This document shows, one piece after another, positions 23,301-32,404 of a DNA stretch of 64,000 bases (its first letter is position 1; every line of letters starts with the position of its first letter). This DNA comes from a virus (Duplodnaviria > Caudoviricetes): the IMG/VR virus record IMGVR_UViG_3300022591_000002; one strand, written 5' to 3'. The notes below the pieces were generated by a model that made no database searches, had not been told where the DNA came from, and saw only the letters and a list, made by a program, of their open reading frames with translations. A program made the position numbers and the translations under genes.

Positions 23301-24264
23301 CTATACTGTTATAGATAACGTTATTGCCAACTGTAGAATTAACTTTACTCCACAGAGTTTGATATTTTCTGCCACTGCCATCCTGCCATAGCCACACATC
23401 AGTGTCGTTAATATTAGCCGCATTGATACCAACTAGCTCGTCGGCAACTGGATTAGTAATTACAAAGTCGGAATAGTTTAAACTACCTTGACGGAAGTGT
23501 ACAAAGAAACCAGTGTTTGCAGATCCTGCACCCTGATTATCATTTTGAAAGATCAAGCTAAATGTATTTCCGGCTAGAGGAGCATCTTCATATACATAAG
23601 TCTTGCCTGAAAATAAAGATCCTACAAGTTCAAAAGGCATATTAGTACCGTTGATTGACTGTTGGAATCCGTATACAGGTACATCTGTATTTGCTGTGTT
23701 TAATCTATACTGCTCTGTTGGAATACCACCAATAGTAGCTTTGTCATAGGGCTGGCCAAATGTAAATGATCCAGGCATTGCTGAATTCATAATGCTAACA
23801 AATTGTTGATACCAGTTGGTATTTGTTGGGTCGTTCCATCCAACTACTGTGTTTGCTAGATTAACACCGTTAGCATCAATAACGTTGTCTGTTGTTGTTA
23901 GGGCTGTAATTTTTAAGAACCCGCTTGCAGGTGTGTTACGCTTAGGATTGTAACTGATCAACTGCGCCAGACGTAGTACGCTATCACGTCTTGTAGCTGT
24001 TTCTAAAAAGTTCTCACGGGCATTTAAGTCGATACGAAAACTTAGGTTTTGACCCAAATAAGCAATGAGGTCTACTAGGGCAATATACTCACTGCTGTCA
24101 ATATAATCGTTGAAATCCTCTGGATAATTTTCACGGAGGTATTGAATCATTACACGGCGTAGCGTGTCAAAATCGTATGATGTAAAGTCGGAGTTTTGGA
24201 ATGATTGGTAAATCTTTTTCCAATCTTCTGCTACTAGTAATTTAGAATTCGTTGATGGTATCAT
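20353..24264 (-). CDS. gp6: Baseplate wedge subunit, T4 gp6-like
   Basis: N-terminal SYDFDTLRRVMIQYLRENYPEDFNDY...LIAYLGQNLSFRIDLNARENFLETATRRDSVLRLAQLISYNPKR and internal MVTAEDY are typical of gp6/baseplate-J-like wedge proteins; adjacent to gp25. Confidence 0.8.
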   Translation of the reverse strand: MIPSTNSKLLVAEDWKKIYQSFQNSDFTSYDFDTLRRVMIQYLRENYPEDFNDYIDSSEYIALVDLIAYLGQNLSFRIDLNARENFLETATRRDSVLRLAQLISYNPKRNTPASGFLKITALTTTDNVIDANGVNLANTVVGWNDPTNTNWYQQFVSIMNSAMPGSFTFGQPYDKATIGGIPTEQYRLNTANTDVPVYGFQQSINGTNMPFELVGSLFSGKTYVYEDAPLAGNTFSLIFQNDNQGAGSANTGFFVHFRQGSLNYSDFVITNPVADELVGINAANINDTDVWLWQDGSGRKYQTLWSKVNSTVGNNVIYNSIGKDDRNVYAVTTRDQDQIDLNFADGSFGNLPKGNFRLFYRQSNGLTYSITPEQMSGITVQIPYYNKSGQLNTLKIVLTLQYTVTNSSGSESIASIKQKAPQTYYLQNRMVTAEDYQIGPLTVGTDILKVKSINRASSGISKYFELNDITGKYSSTNIFCDDGILYKEQSQQTLNFKFTSRNDFFGTLKNKIEPIVQSASFKNFYMANYPRPTLLNLSLTWVAVNSATNQTKGYFKNKYGNAIETGYFSSDNMQYVTAGALIKFVPPLGQYFLPTGKLTTVKDDTTTDYMWVKAVQIVGDGGNSGKGTLNDGTGPITLTGYVPSTAIPDEVIPAFITTWSYALENQIVNLGVINRNFGLSFDRITRQWFIIVDTNLDLKSPYDLIYQGDTTNANKDASWMVAFQWTGNSYNVYYRILDYLFESANETGFYIDSTKQNYDYVNNRVVKDTVRVLGVNWAPASYQSAQAVIGATVGPVTGIILTFGGSGYTSNNSVATTGGSGSGLTVDINVPAGAVASAVVRAPGTGYKVGDFVNIATGDGKAGLSITAVGPGNILSFTITNPGTGYTSNPTISVPDSGNGKFYTEISNGSLTAIHIINSGTNVTLQSAVHISNPAQSIIPMSTVEHLGQDYNWQIDSAVTEPDGYVEPKKVKVSFYDATNDGAIDNPDAFIEITSPYTVSPQTGYLCNFVYFETLSDGLRYQSVDPSNFVAYPDESSVPSDMMYDVGQLVYFYSANVVKSVATVTELANNTYSYTYVLAPRYFGRPGRGNLKFQYQHNAGEERRLDPSKTNIIDVYVLSSAYDALYRNWLTSGSTSAAPLPPTSNALEEQYSGLLEPIKSVSDTIVYHHANYKVLFGSSAPAQLQATFKAVQSPSSTLSSNQISTSILQAINDFFAVENWDFGQTFNFGELATYVINTLTPDITNFVLVPKTNIVFGSLFEIACQSNEIFVSGATIKDIEVISSLTASQINTTASIVVNTIGT

Positions 24265-24291
24265 ATATGTTATCTGCCCTAGATAACATAT
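24265..24291. repeat. Perfect 11-bp inverted repeat between late promoter and gp6-like start codon
   Basis: ATATGTTATCT (24265-24275) - GCCCT loop - AGATAACATAT (24281-24291). Confidence 0.85.
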
Positions 24292-24316
24292 TTATGAAAA
24301 AAATTAAGTGCGCGGA

Positions 24317-24757
24317 TTATTGTTGTTGAATTAAACCAACTTCTTTATCAAAGGCCAGTTTAAGAATATCTGTTTGGTTTGTGCCAACGTACTGAAGTGT
24401 TGATTCTAGCAGTAAACCGTAAGGTTGTTCTAGTAAATTGATGGAAATAGGAGTAACTCTTGGATCAAAATTTAAAATACGAGTGACATCTTTTACCACA
24501 AGTTCTTTCAGTTGATCGGTTAACGGATCATAGATTATATCCCAAATTACAGTACCAAAGTCTGGGTGCATTACCCTTTCTCCCTGGCGTGTTTGAAACA
24601 TATTAAGTATGTCTTGTTTAATTAAATCATAGTCATATAGCTTAGGATTAATCTTAGAATCGTCTATCGTACTAAAGCCTTTATAGAACTGTGATGTCTG
24701 ATTTGACACAACAGGACTGTAATTTGTAGGCTGGATGACTATATTTTTGTATGGCAT
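24317..24757 (-). CDS. gp25: Baseplate wedge/sheath-initiation protein, gp25-like
   Basis: DLIKQDILNMFQTRQGERVMHPDFGTVIWDIIYDP...FDPRV is the gp25/GPW signature. Confidence 0.85.
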   Translation of the reverse strand: MPYKNIVIQPTNYSPVVSNQTSQFYKGFSTIDDSKINPKLYDYDLIKQDILNMFQTRQGERVMHPDFGTVIWDIIYDPLTDQLKELVVKDVTRILNFDPRVTPISINLLEQPYGLLLESTLQYVGTNQTDILKLAFDKEVGLIQQQ

Positions 24758-24765
24758 GATTGTAT

Positions 24766-26922
24766 TTATGAACCGCTAGTAACCGGTTTTCCTGAGCTAT
24801 CTGTTAGTACTCCGCCTGACCCTGTTTTAACTGCATTTGATGCTGTGGTAGTTTCTGTGCCAGCGTTAATTCCTTTAGATGTAAACAAATCTTTGTAATA
24901 TGCATAAGCACTTCTGCGCTGTGCTAGCCCGTTAGTGCCGCCGTTAACTAGTGCAGATACTGAATCTACATCGTCCCAGAATTTTTCAGTATCTGTATAA
25001 GGCTGGCTCATTGTTTTATTTTTAAATCCAGGAGTTTTAAATTTAGTAAAGAAGAAAATAACACTCTTAGAAGCAAGTTCAATTTGCTCAACTAGCTCTG
25101 GAGAACCTAGAACATCTTGTCCAAAGAAATCAGTCATGCGCTGATACAACTTTCTACCTGTACATTGAATAAATCCACGACCTTTAAATCGAATACCGTC
25201 TCCAGACTGTGTATTACCTAAGTCTGCACGGCCTTCATATTCTCCGCCGCTAGCAAGTTCTCGCAAGTAAATGAAGCCGCCTGACTCAACTTTACATTGT
25301 GCCATCCAAGCCGCAAGTTTAATTGGGTTAGTAATTCCTGCATTAATTAAAGTCTGTTTCAAGAACGCTTCGTTTGCGGCCGCATTTTTTCCTAAAGGTT
25401 TTCCAACAGGATTATTGTTTACAGGAACTTTACCGCCTTCAGCTGTTGGACCGCTTGGAGCATCGAGTGGTTGATTAACCTGTGTATCAGTCTTGTCTGG
25501 CGTGAAATTACTTGGGTTAATATTTTCGTGATGATCCCACGGCTCGTGTGTTGGCACACGTTGCATGATACTTTGAATGTCAGTATCTTTATAAAATTTA
25601 TTATTTGACCATCCAGATCCCGCCGATCTATTCGGTAATGAAAATAGTTCTAAAGGTGTTGGTTGATCCGGTGCTGTTGCACCATCTGTAGCTACAGAGT
25701 TTAATAGTAATTGTTTGCCGACAATTTTCTGTACCCCACTTGCACCTATGCTAATATTAGCATTAGATGCCATTACAAAATCTCCGCCGCTAACAATACT
25801 TGTTTTTGCAGTAGCCTGTTGACGTATTTCTGCACCAGCAGATAAGTTATAGTTTCCTTGGAATTGAACTTTGCCGTCTGCACCTGCTAATAGGTAGTAC
25901 TGTTTAGCAACGTTAGTTTCCATAGTGCCGCTAGCACGGATATGCATGTTGCGGCCGGCTTCAAAATTGATATCACGGTCAGCACGGAAGTTAAAGTCTT
26001 GTTCAGAGTGTATGCTTACAGAGTCTGCGGCATAGATATCTATCTTACCATTGCTGGTCATTTCTAACCATGCAGTACCTTTAGCATTACCTATGTAGAT
26101 CAAGTCAGCTGTATTATGTAATAGGATCTGATGCCCTGTGCGTGTTCTTAAACGTACAAGCTCATTCTTACCGTCTTGATCACCATCGTCCATGACAAAT
26201 GTTGTGCCGCCTAATCTGCTAACTGGTGCCATAACAGTCTTTTCAATACCAATGTTTCCACGTTTGGCATTAGAGGACGTATCAATAGGACCCGGAGTGC
26301 TTATTCCGTATACTTGACTAGGAACTTCGCGACGAGCACTAGAACTAGTAACTCCTCGAATCGTATCTAGTAATAGACCCTGTGTTAATAACCGATCTGC
26401 AAAAGGATGTATTGGTTTGCCAAACGTATTAGGTTTTGGAATTTCTAGAGTTCTACTTTTCTTGTGAAACTCTGCAACAGGCAAATAATTTGTACCATAC
26501 TTCTGCTGTTGTGCAGGAGTCATTTCTGTGTACTTGCTAGCCGCAATACCCGGCATCATATGATTTTGATAGCTGTCTTGAATACAGCCCATCCAATAGC
26601 CTGCGTTAGTATCGCCGTCAATAAAAATACACAAGACAGTAGCACCAATATCAGGTGGAATCATCCACATGCCATAAGATTTCTGCACATCATTAAAGCT
26701 GGCAGAATTGTTACCTTCGTAATCTACGTTGGTAGTTCCTGCAAAGGGACTTAGATAACGGACAGGAATTTGAGTTCCTATCTTTTCCATGCTACCTGTA
26801 GTACCTTTTAATAAAGTAACTTCAAGCATACCCATGTAGGTTGTATCTAAGTGGTTTGTGACGATGCCGATATACGGGCCAACGCCTATCTTTTTACCAG
26901 CAAGTCTTGCATCAATTGTCAT
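24766..26922 (-). CDS. gp5: Baseplate central spike, gp5/VgrG-like, with C-terminal GH19 lysozyme/chitinase-like domain
   Basis: N-terminal OB-fold-type YGMWMIPPDIGATVLCIF; beta-helix start LRTRTGHQILLHNT; C-terminal AAWMAQCKVESGGF...YEGRADLGNTQSGDGIRFKGRGFIQCTGR...NGGTNGLAQR (GH19). Confidence 0.8.
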   Translation of the reverse strand: MTIDARLAGKKIGVGPYIGIVTNHLDTTYMGMLEVTLLKGTTGSMEKIGTQIPVRYLSPFAGTTNVDYEGNNSASFNDVQKSYGMWMIPPDIGATVLCIFIDGDTNAGYWMGCIQDSYQNHMMPGIAASKYTEMTPAQQQKYGTNYLPVAEFHKKSRTLEIPKPNTFGKPIHPFADRLLTQGLLLDTIRGVTSSSARREVPSQVYGISTPGPIDTSSNAKRGNIGIEKTVMAPVSRLGGTTFVMDDGDQDGKNELVRLRTRTGHQILLHNTADLIYIGNAKGTAWLEMTSNGKIDIYAADSVSIHSEQDFNFRADRDINFEAGRNMHIRASGTMETNVAKQYYLLAGADGKVQFQGNYNLSAGAEIRQQATAKTSIVSGGDFVMASNANISIGASGVQKIVGKQLLLNSVATDGATAPDQPTPLELFSLPNRSAGSGWSNNKFYKDTDIQSIMQRVPTHEPWDHHENINPSNFTPDKTDTQVNQPLDAPSGPTAEGGKVPVNNNPVGKPLGKNAAANEAFLKQTLINAGITNPIKLAAWMAQCKVESGGFIYLRELASGGEYEGRADLGNTQSGDGIRFKGRGFIQCTGRKLYQRMTDFFGQDVLGSPELVEQIELASKSVIFFFTKFKTPGFKNKTMSQPYTDTEKFWDDVDSVSALVNGGTNGLAQRRSAYAYYKDLFTSKGINAGTETTTASNAVKTGSGGVLTDSSGKPVTSGS

Positions 26923-26924
26923 TG

Positions 26925-29900
26925 TTAACCTTCACCCCAACCATTGTTGACGTTGCCTTTATTTGTAGATGCCACTAGTGTATCTAATGGACTTGTTGTT
27001 CTAAGCGAGCCAAGTTTTGCGGCCGCTGTATTTGATAAATCTGCGGTACCTGATTGTACCATAGTTCTAACCGCTGATATGTTTGATTCTACTGATCCTA
27101 GACCAGCTTGCGAAGGTAATAGTCCAGTTAAACCGTTAGACACATTAAGCGATGAACCAACAAGGTTATTTAAACCTGATTGAGCCGCGGTCAATTTATC
27201 TGTGAGTGCTGTTGTTCCTACTGCACCAAAGCCTTGTGCTAGTCCGCCTGCGGCCTGTCCTACAGTATTAGTAAGTTGATTTAAACCTGCAACACCCGAT
27301 AAACTTGTCTTACCAGCAGAAATGGATGCATTGGCTTTAGCAATAGTATCGTTGATGTTTGTCGATACTGCTTCTTCATTTTGTAAAGGAGGTAGATTAG
27401 CAATATTATCTTTTGTTAAGTTTGCCATAACTAAACCCTGGCCTTTAAATCCGTTTAAATCTACGTTAGCAGGAATGTTGCTTTCTAAATCTTGTAACTG
27501 TCCAAGTATTTTACTCTTGATTGATGGATCTAATCCAGATAACTGTGCCGGGTCAATACCAACTCTAGCCGCAAGTGCTGTTGGATCAACATTAGGTATG
27601 CCTTGAGTAACTGATGCCACCGCAGAACTTGCTCCGTTTAGTAATCCGTCTGCTTGTCCTTTTAACTGATTAACTTTATCAACTGCTCCGCCAGTTAGTC
27701 CTGCAACTGCGGATGCCGCACCTCCAGCATTTGCTACTTGACTTGCAACGCTAGATGCTAAAATAGCAGATGAGTTAGCTGTTGGCAATACTCCATTGAC
27801 AATATTATTAACGCTAGCTACTGATGCAGGTGCAAGTTTTGAGACGCCGCCAATAATGTTTGATATTCCGCTTGTAGATAATCTAATACCCTGTGCCAGA
27901 GAATCTATTCCGTTAAGACTTGCGCCAACGTTAATACCTAGCTGAGGAGCAATAGTTCTTACCTGTCCCACAATATTTTGTACTGCACCGCCAACGCCTG
28001 CAATAGAAGTTAAGCCTCCAGTTACTAGGCCAATTGCTCCAGCAATACCGCCACCGGCCGCATTAACAAAGTTAGGAATAGATCCTGCGCTACCAATATC
28101 TGGTAATCCTCTAAGCAGACTTGCAACTTGGAAATCGTTTGGTCGTGTTCCGCTAGTCTGTACTCCTGCAGGTGCAATATCTTTAACCTGCTGTTCTCCT
28201 GGTTTAGGTGTTGCTTTGTATCCAGAGTCTGTGCTGGTCTTCTTAGCTTCAATTAATTGTCCCGGCATTCTTAACAGTTTAAGATTCTGTTTAAAATTTC
28301 CGCCAGCAAAATCTGAAGACACTTCTGTTACTTTATAAATTCCACTGAAGGGCAATATTTGTGCATCAAAGTATACTGAGCCACCTTTTTCAAATGTGTT
28401 GTAATCAACTGGTGTGCGCCAATTAACATTAATATAGACTTCTCCGGCATTTATAGGAGCTTCTCCATTTTTAGTAATGCCCTTGTCTGCTAGGTCATGT
28501 GTTTGATTTCCAATACCACCGGTAACCAAATAGTAAGGATCGCCAAATATATCAATTGTACAAGTTGCCAAGTCTACTGATTGTACAATAGCATTATGCA
28601 TTGTTTGAGCAAGAGTATGGTATGGTGTGTTCTGGCGTGATTGCCCTGATAAACCGTTTGATGCAACGAACCCAGCTGGGATTGACATTATTTTAGCTGT
28701 TGGATTTTTATTGTCTTTAACTGTTTGTGTATCTGCTTTTGGTGCTTGTAGTTCTTGTGTGTTTGCCGCACCTGCGCCTGTTGCCGCACCGCTTGAATCT
28801 CTTTCACCTGTTCTTGGTGGAATAGATTGAAAATACAAATTATTAAATTTTAAATTAAAATTAATAACGTCTTTGTTTTTGCCCATGTACAAATAGTCAT
28901 AGGTACGTTTAATTTGCGTTTTAATACCTTTGAAATCTGCAATACCTAATTGCTCACCTGGCAATCTTGTATAGTGCATCTTATATGGTACAACAATATA
29001 ACGATATAGTTTATTCTTTGCTAGTCCTTGAGGATCTACACTACCTTCTAATACTTCAACTTCTGTACGAACCATAAAATAGGTAAGCATTCCGTCACCT
29101 TTTTTAATTTCGTCAAGATTTTTAATAATGTCTTTAGTATATTCGCTATCTCGAATTACTGCTTCAATAATTTCGTGTACGTTTGCGCCCTGCGGAAATG
29201 CTGTTTGATTTGTGCCCGGCTCGTACTTTATACCTTTGTCCTCAGCCGACGGATTATTTGTTTTGTTTTCTTGACCTTTATATCCAGGACCCGGATTAGG
29301 AGCGTCTGGAGTGGCCATTGCAGGAGTTTGATTACCGCGGAGTCCTTGGTTTAACTTGGCCGCAAATATACTACCGCTTTCTGTCCACTCAGGTGTTCTA
29401 CCGTTTCTCATTGAAACCATTGTAGTTCCAGGAGCTTCTGGTTTGGCAAAATATATTTCAAATTCGTCTCTATTTCTAGACTCGGGGCCTTTTGTTTTCT
29501 TAGCGTCTTCGGTTACTGCTTCGTTTAAATTTTTAAACATGTCTTTTAGCAGTTCGCCGACTGTATCGCCTTTCATTTTTAAATCAGATTTTAATTTTCC
29601 AATTTCGCCAAATGTTTTTTGTTCGATAGGCGTACAGGTCACGTGATAGGTTGTGCCTTTATCTGTCGTTTCTACTGTAACACCGTTTACTAGTACAGGA
29701 TAATAGCGTGTGCTATTAGGAATTAACTCAGGACTACCATCAGGGCCAGTTGACTTATCGTTGTATCCGTAGAATTCTAATTTAAAAACAAAGTGTGCGG
29801 CTGGATATGTTAGCGCACCGGTTGCTTGGGATGCAACTGATAGGGCTTGCAAGAAGCCGCCCATACTGTAGGGCTCAATTACATCAAAAGAAATTTTGGT

Positions 29901-30383
29901 AGGTAAAGATGTTCCAGCTTCTTTGGAAAATGCCATTAGGCCTGCAATCTTTACGTTGTCAATAACAAAGTCAAATCTGCCTGCACTTTCTTTGTTAAAA
30001 CCGTTGATCAAATCAATTACTTCAGAATAGTTTGTAGCGGTATTGTTAATTACGTCTGTGCTTAATTTATTGGTAATTTGAGCAGAACCTTTACCAGAAG
30101 ATTTTGCAATAATAAATTTCTGGCTAGACTTTTCGTATGACTTAGGATCTGTTAATGCTTTATCTTCCAGCGCACTAAAAGTAAAAACATAGTTCCAAGA
30201 TCGATAATTGTGCAGTACATTGACTTCACTGCCTTTAAGAATAAAGGGCTGATCTCCACCAAGCGTTGTGCCGGCCGCGCCCTTGTTATTTGTACCAGGA
30301 ACTGCACCCTGTTGGGCGCCCGCTTGGACCGTTTGTGTGTCCTGATTTGTTTTGACTTCGGCCACGCCTTGTGATTCTGGCAT
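26925..30383 (-). CDS. Baseplate hub-like protein (gp27/late-control-D position) with long G/A/S/L-rich low-complexity C-terminus
   Basis: 1152 aa, immediately upstream of the spike gene. The C-terminal IDIFGDPYYL...SGIYKVTEVSSDFAGGNFKQNLKLLR pattern resembles hub proteins; the last ~400 aa are low complexity. Confidence 0.55.
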   Translation of the reverse strand: MPESQGVAEVKTNQDTQTVQAGAQQGAVPGTNNKGAAGTTLGGDQPFILKGSEVNVLHNYRSWNYVFTFSALEDKALTDPKSYEKSSQKFIIAKSSGKGSAQITNKLSTDVINNTATNYSEVIDLINGFNKESAGRFDFVIDNVKIAGLMAFSKEAGTSLPTKISFDVIEPYSMGGFLQALSVASQATGALTYPAAHFVFKLEFYGYNDKSTGPDGSPELIPNSTRYYPVLVNGVTVETTDKGTTYHVTCTPIEQKTFGEIGKLKSDLKMKGDTVGELLKDMFKNLNEAVTEDAKKTKGPESRNRDEFEIYFAKPEAPGTTMVSMRNGRTPEWTESGSIFAAKLNQGLRGNQTPAMATPDAPNPGPGYKGQENKTNNPSAEDKGIKYEPGTNQTAFPQGANVHEIIEAVIRDSEYTKDIIKNLDEIKKGDGMLTYFMVRTEVEVLEGSVDPQGLAKNKLYRYIVVPYKMHYTRLPGEQLGIADFKGIKTQIKRTYDYLYMGKNKDVINFNLKFNNLYFQSIPPRTGERDSSGAATGAGAANTQELQAPKADTQTVKDNKNPTAKIMSIPAGFVASNGLSGQSRQNTPYHTLAQTMHNAIVQSVDLATCTIDIFGDPYYLVTGGIGNQTHDLADKGITKNGEAPINAGEVYINVNWRTPVDYNTFEKGGSVYFDAQILPFSGIYKVTEVSSDFAGGNFKQNLKLLRMPGQLIEAKKTSTDSGYKATPKPGEQQVKDIAPAGVQTSGTRPNDFQVASLLRGLPDIGSAGSIPNFVNAAGGGIAGAIGLVTGGLTSIAGVGGAVQNIVGQVRTIAPQLGINVGASLNGIDSLAQGIRLSTSGISNIIGGVSKLAPASVASVNNIVNGVLPTANSSAILASSVASQVANAGGAASAVAGLTGGAVDKVNQLKGQADGLLNGASSAVASVTQGIPNVDPTALAARVGIDPAQLSGLDPSIKSKILGQLQDLESNIPANVDLNGFKGQGLVMANLTKDNIANLPPLQNEEAVSTNINDTIAKANASISAGKTSLSGVAGLNQLTNTVGQAAGGLAQGFGAVGTTALTDKLTAAQSGLNNLVGSSLNVSNGLTGLLPSQAGLGSVESNISAVRTMVQSGTADLSNTAAAKLGSLRTTSPLDTLVASTNKGNVNNGWGEG

Positions 30384-30386
30384 TTA

Positions 30387-30689
30387 TTATATTCCTAATA
30401 CTGCTTTAAGAGTTGTAATTTTTGGAACGTAGATAATTTTTCCAGGAACCAGATCGTATATTGGATCTTTAATTAGGTCTTTATTTCTTACAGCAAACAC
30501 CCACCACAAGCCTGCATCTTGATAAAAATCATAGGCTAACAAATCTGGTCTATGCATATATGTTGGTGTAACTGTAAATTGTATATCGTCCGCTTGATAT
30601 GGAATATCTCTAAATGTTGCAACATCTAGAAACCCTGAAGACTGATCAGTAAAATAATAGGGACTAGTTTTAGCGTATGATGATGACAT
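30387..30689 (-). CDS. gp53: Baseplate wedge gp53-like / LysM-tail X-like protein
   Basis: RPDLLAYDFYQDAGLWWVFAVRN...DPIYDLVPGKIIYVP motif. Confidence 0.7.
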   Translation of the reverse strand: MSSSYAKTSPYYFTDQSSGFLDVATFRDIPYQADDIQFTVTPTYMHRPDLLAYDFYQDAGLWWVFAVRNKDLIKDPIYDLVPGKIIYVPKITTLKAVLGI

Positions 30690-32284
30690 TATAGATATCC
30701 TTTACCTGCCAACGCACCTTGCAACCATTTATCAACACCGTAGCCCATCATTTCTTGTCTACTGTACATGATGTTTAATGTTATTGAAAGTGTGCATGAT
30801 GTTGGCACCATTGTGTTTCCATACCCTGCTATCCCACGTCCTACCGCAATGTAGTCAACTTGGTCTGGAAGTTCTAATTTAAAATCTGCAACCGATACAG
30901 GTACATTCTTAAACTGATAATCACCAAACGCATCTAAGCGACAGATTGGAGGAGGTGCACCAGCATTGGTATCATCGCCCCATTTCATTTTTGTCAATGC
31001 TCTAAGTACGTGTTGGGCGGCTAATATGATTGCGGCTTCGTATTCGTTCTGTGCAGTAAACTTACCACTAACTGAAATAGGTCCTACTGAACTGCTCTGA
31101 AAGTTGTAAAACTGATAGTTAGAGTGTGTTACTTTATTTTGATTGTATGTTGCTTGGTTTGAAACGCTAACTTGTGGAGTATAAGGAAACAGTATTCCGC
31201 CTAGTTGAGCTAGGATGCCGTTAGGGCCTGCGGCAGGACCAACAAGATAGTTAGATGGTATACGCAACTTAACTCGCATGTCTTGAGAAGAACCAAACCC
31301 AGCAACGGCCGCAACTGGTTTAGATGGCATTGAACTTAATACACCTCTGCTTGCGCCGGCTTTGTCAAAGTTAATTCCAATGCCGCCGCCAACTGCTTTT
31401 AATCCTGTGCCTATTGCAGATCCAACTGAGCTTAATCCTCTAGATGCTCTATCTTTTAAACTCGATAAACTATCTAAAGAACCAATACCGCCACTAATAT
31501 TACTTGACGATGGATTTGTCACTGACGTGCCGCCAGTTGGATTGTCTAATGCTGTTTGTGCCGCAGTAACTTCTGCATCTGCATTAGTAATATCGTTTTG
31601 TGCATCTTCTAATGTTTTCTGTGCGGCTTCTAATTGTAGTTGTGCATCATCTACTGCAACAGGATCTACAGGATCTGCTGTTTGTGCTAGGTCCAATGCA
31701 TCTTGTGCCTGCTGAACTGCTGTTTCTGCGCCAACGGCTAACTGAACTGCGGCAGTATATTTTGCATTGGCATTGTCTAATGCCGCTTGTGCGGCTGACG
31801 GTCCAGTTGCTGTGCCATCTGTTGCAGGTGTTGAACTAGTTGTGCCGTCAGTATTAGTTGTTAATGTACTACCATCATCAAATGTTTGTACTGTTTGACC
31901 GCCAGGTAATTGTGAAGTATTTGCTCCAGGTGCACCACTAGGATTAGTTGCTTGGTCTGGATTCTCTTTAAGAGTTGTTTCTGAAGTTGATGCCGGTGTA
32001 GTAGTGGCAGGAGTAGGTGCTGTTACACCGGGCTGAGATTCTAATAATTTATTATAATTTGCAATAGAGTCTGGAGATGCGCTATCTGGATTTGCTGTAA
32101 ATTTAAGTGTGCCACCACTTACAGGATCTGGAATAGAATAAGAAACAGATTTACCGCTATCAATTGATGTTACAATATTTTGAATTTCTAAAGGCGAGAC
32201 TCCGGATGCAAAAGTTACACCTTTGTACAAATAATTACCGGATACCGGATCTACAATTACGCCACTTGGTAGTGTTGTTGCCAT
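30689..32284 (-). CDS. Tail tube initiator-like protein (gp48/gp54 class) with P/T/S-rich and coiled-coil N-terminal extension
   Basis: C-terminal ~200 aa: GILFPYTPQVSVS...THSNYQFYNFQSS...GKFTAQ...GAPPPICRLDAFGDYQFKNVPVSV, typical of contractile-tail tube-like initiators. Confidence 0.6.
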   Translation of the reverse strand: MATTLPSGVIVDPVSGNYLYKGVTFASGVSPLEIQNIVTSIDSGKSVSYSIPDPVSGGTLKFTANPDSASPDSIANYNKLLESQPGVTAPTPATTTPASTSETTLKENPDQATNPSGAPGANTSQLPGGQTVQTFDDGSTLTTNTDGTTSSTPATDGTATGPSAAQAALDNANAKYTAAVQLAVGAETAVQQAQDALDLAQTADPVDPVAVDDAQLQLEAAQKTLEDAQNDITNADAEVTAAQTALDNPTGGTSVTNPSSSNISGGIGSLDSLSSLKDRASRGLSSVGSAIGTGLKAVGGGIGINFDKAGASRGVLSSMPSKPVAAVAGFGSSQDMRVKLRIPSNYLVGPAAGPNGILAQLGGILFPYTPQVSVSNQATYNQNKVTHSNYQFYNFQSSSVGPISVSGKFTAQNEYEAAIILAAQHVLRALTKMKWGDDTNAGAPPPICRLDAFGDYQFKNVPVSVADFKLELPDQVDYIAVGRGIAGYGNTMVPTSCTLSITLNIMYSRQEMMGYGVDKWLQGALAGKGYL

Positions 32285-32304
32285 ATATTAATTCCTCTAT
32301 ACGT

Positions 32305-32310
32305 TATTTA
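32305..32310 (-). promoter_or_regulatory. Late promoter core TAAATA for the tail/baseplate operon
   Basis: TAAATA 20 nt upstream of ATG 32284, with a GAGGA Shine-Dalgarno in between; resembles the T4 late promoter TATAAATA. Confidence 0.6.
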
Positions 32311-32354
32311 CCCAGATAAATAATGTGTGCAGTTAATCACATTCCACAAAATGG

Positions 32355-32384
32355 TTGACACTCCTGTAAACTTTATGTTACAAT
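32355..32384 (+). promoter_or_regulatory. Sigma70-type promoter with extended -10 upstream of gp55
   Basis: TTGACA (32355-32360), 18 nt, TACAAT (32379-32384) preceded by TGn; AGGAG SD before ATG 32405. Confidence 0.75.
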
Positions 32385-32404
32385 ACTAACTGTAGGAGAC
32401 AATA

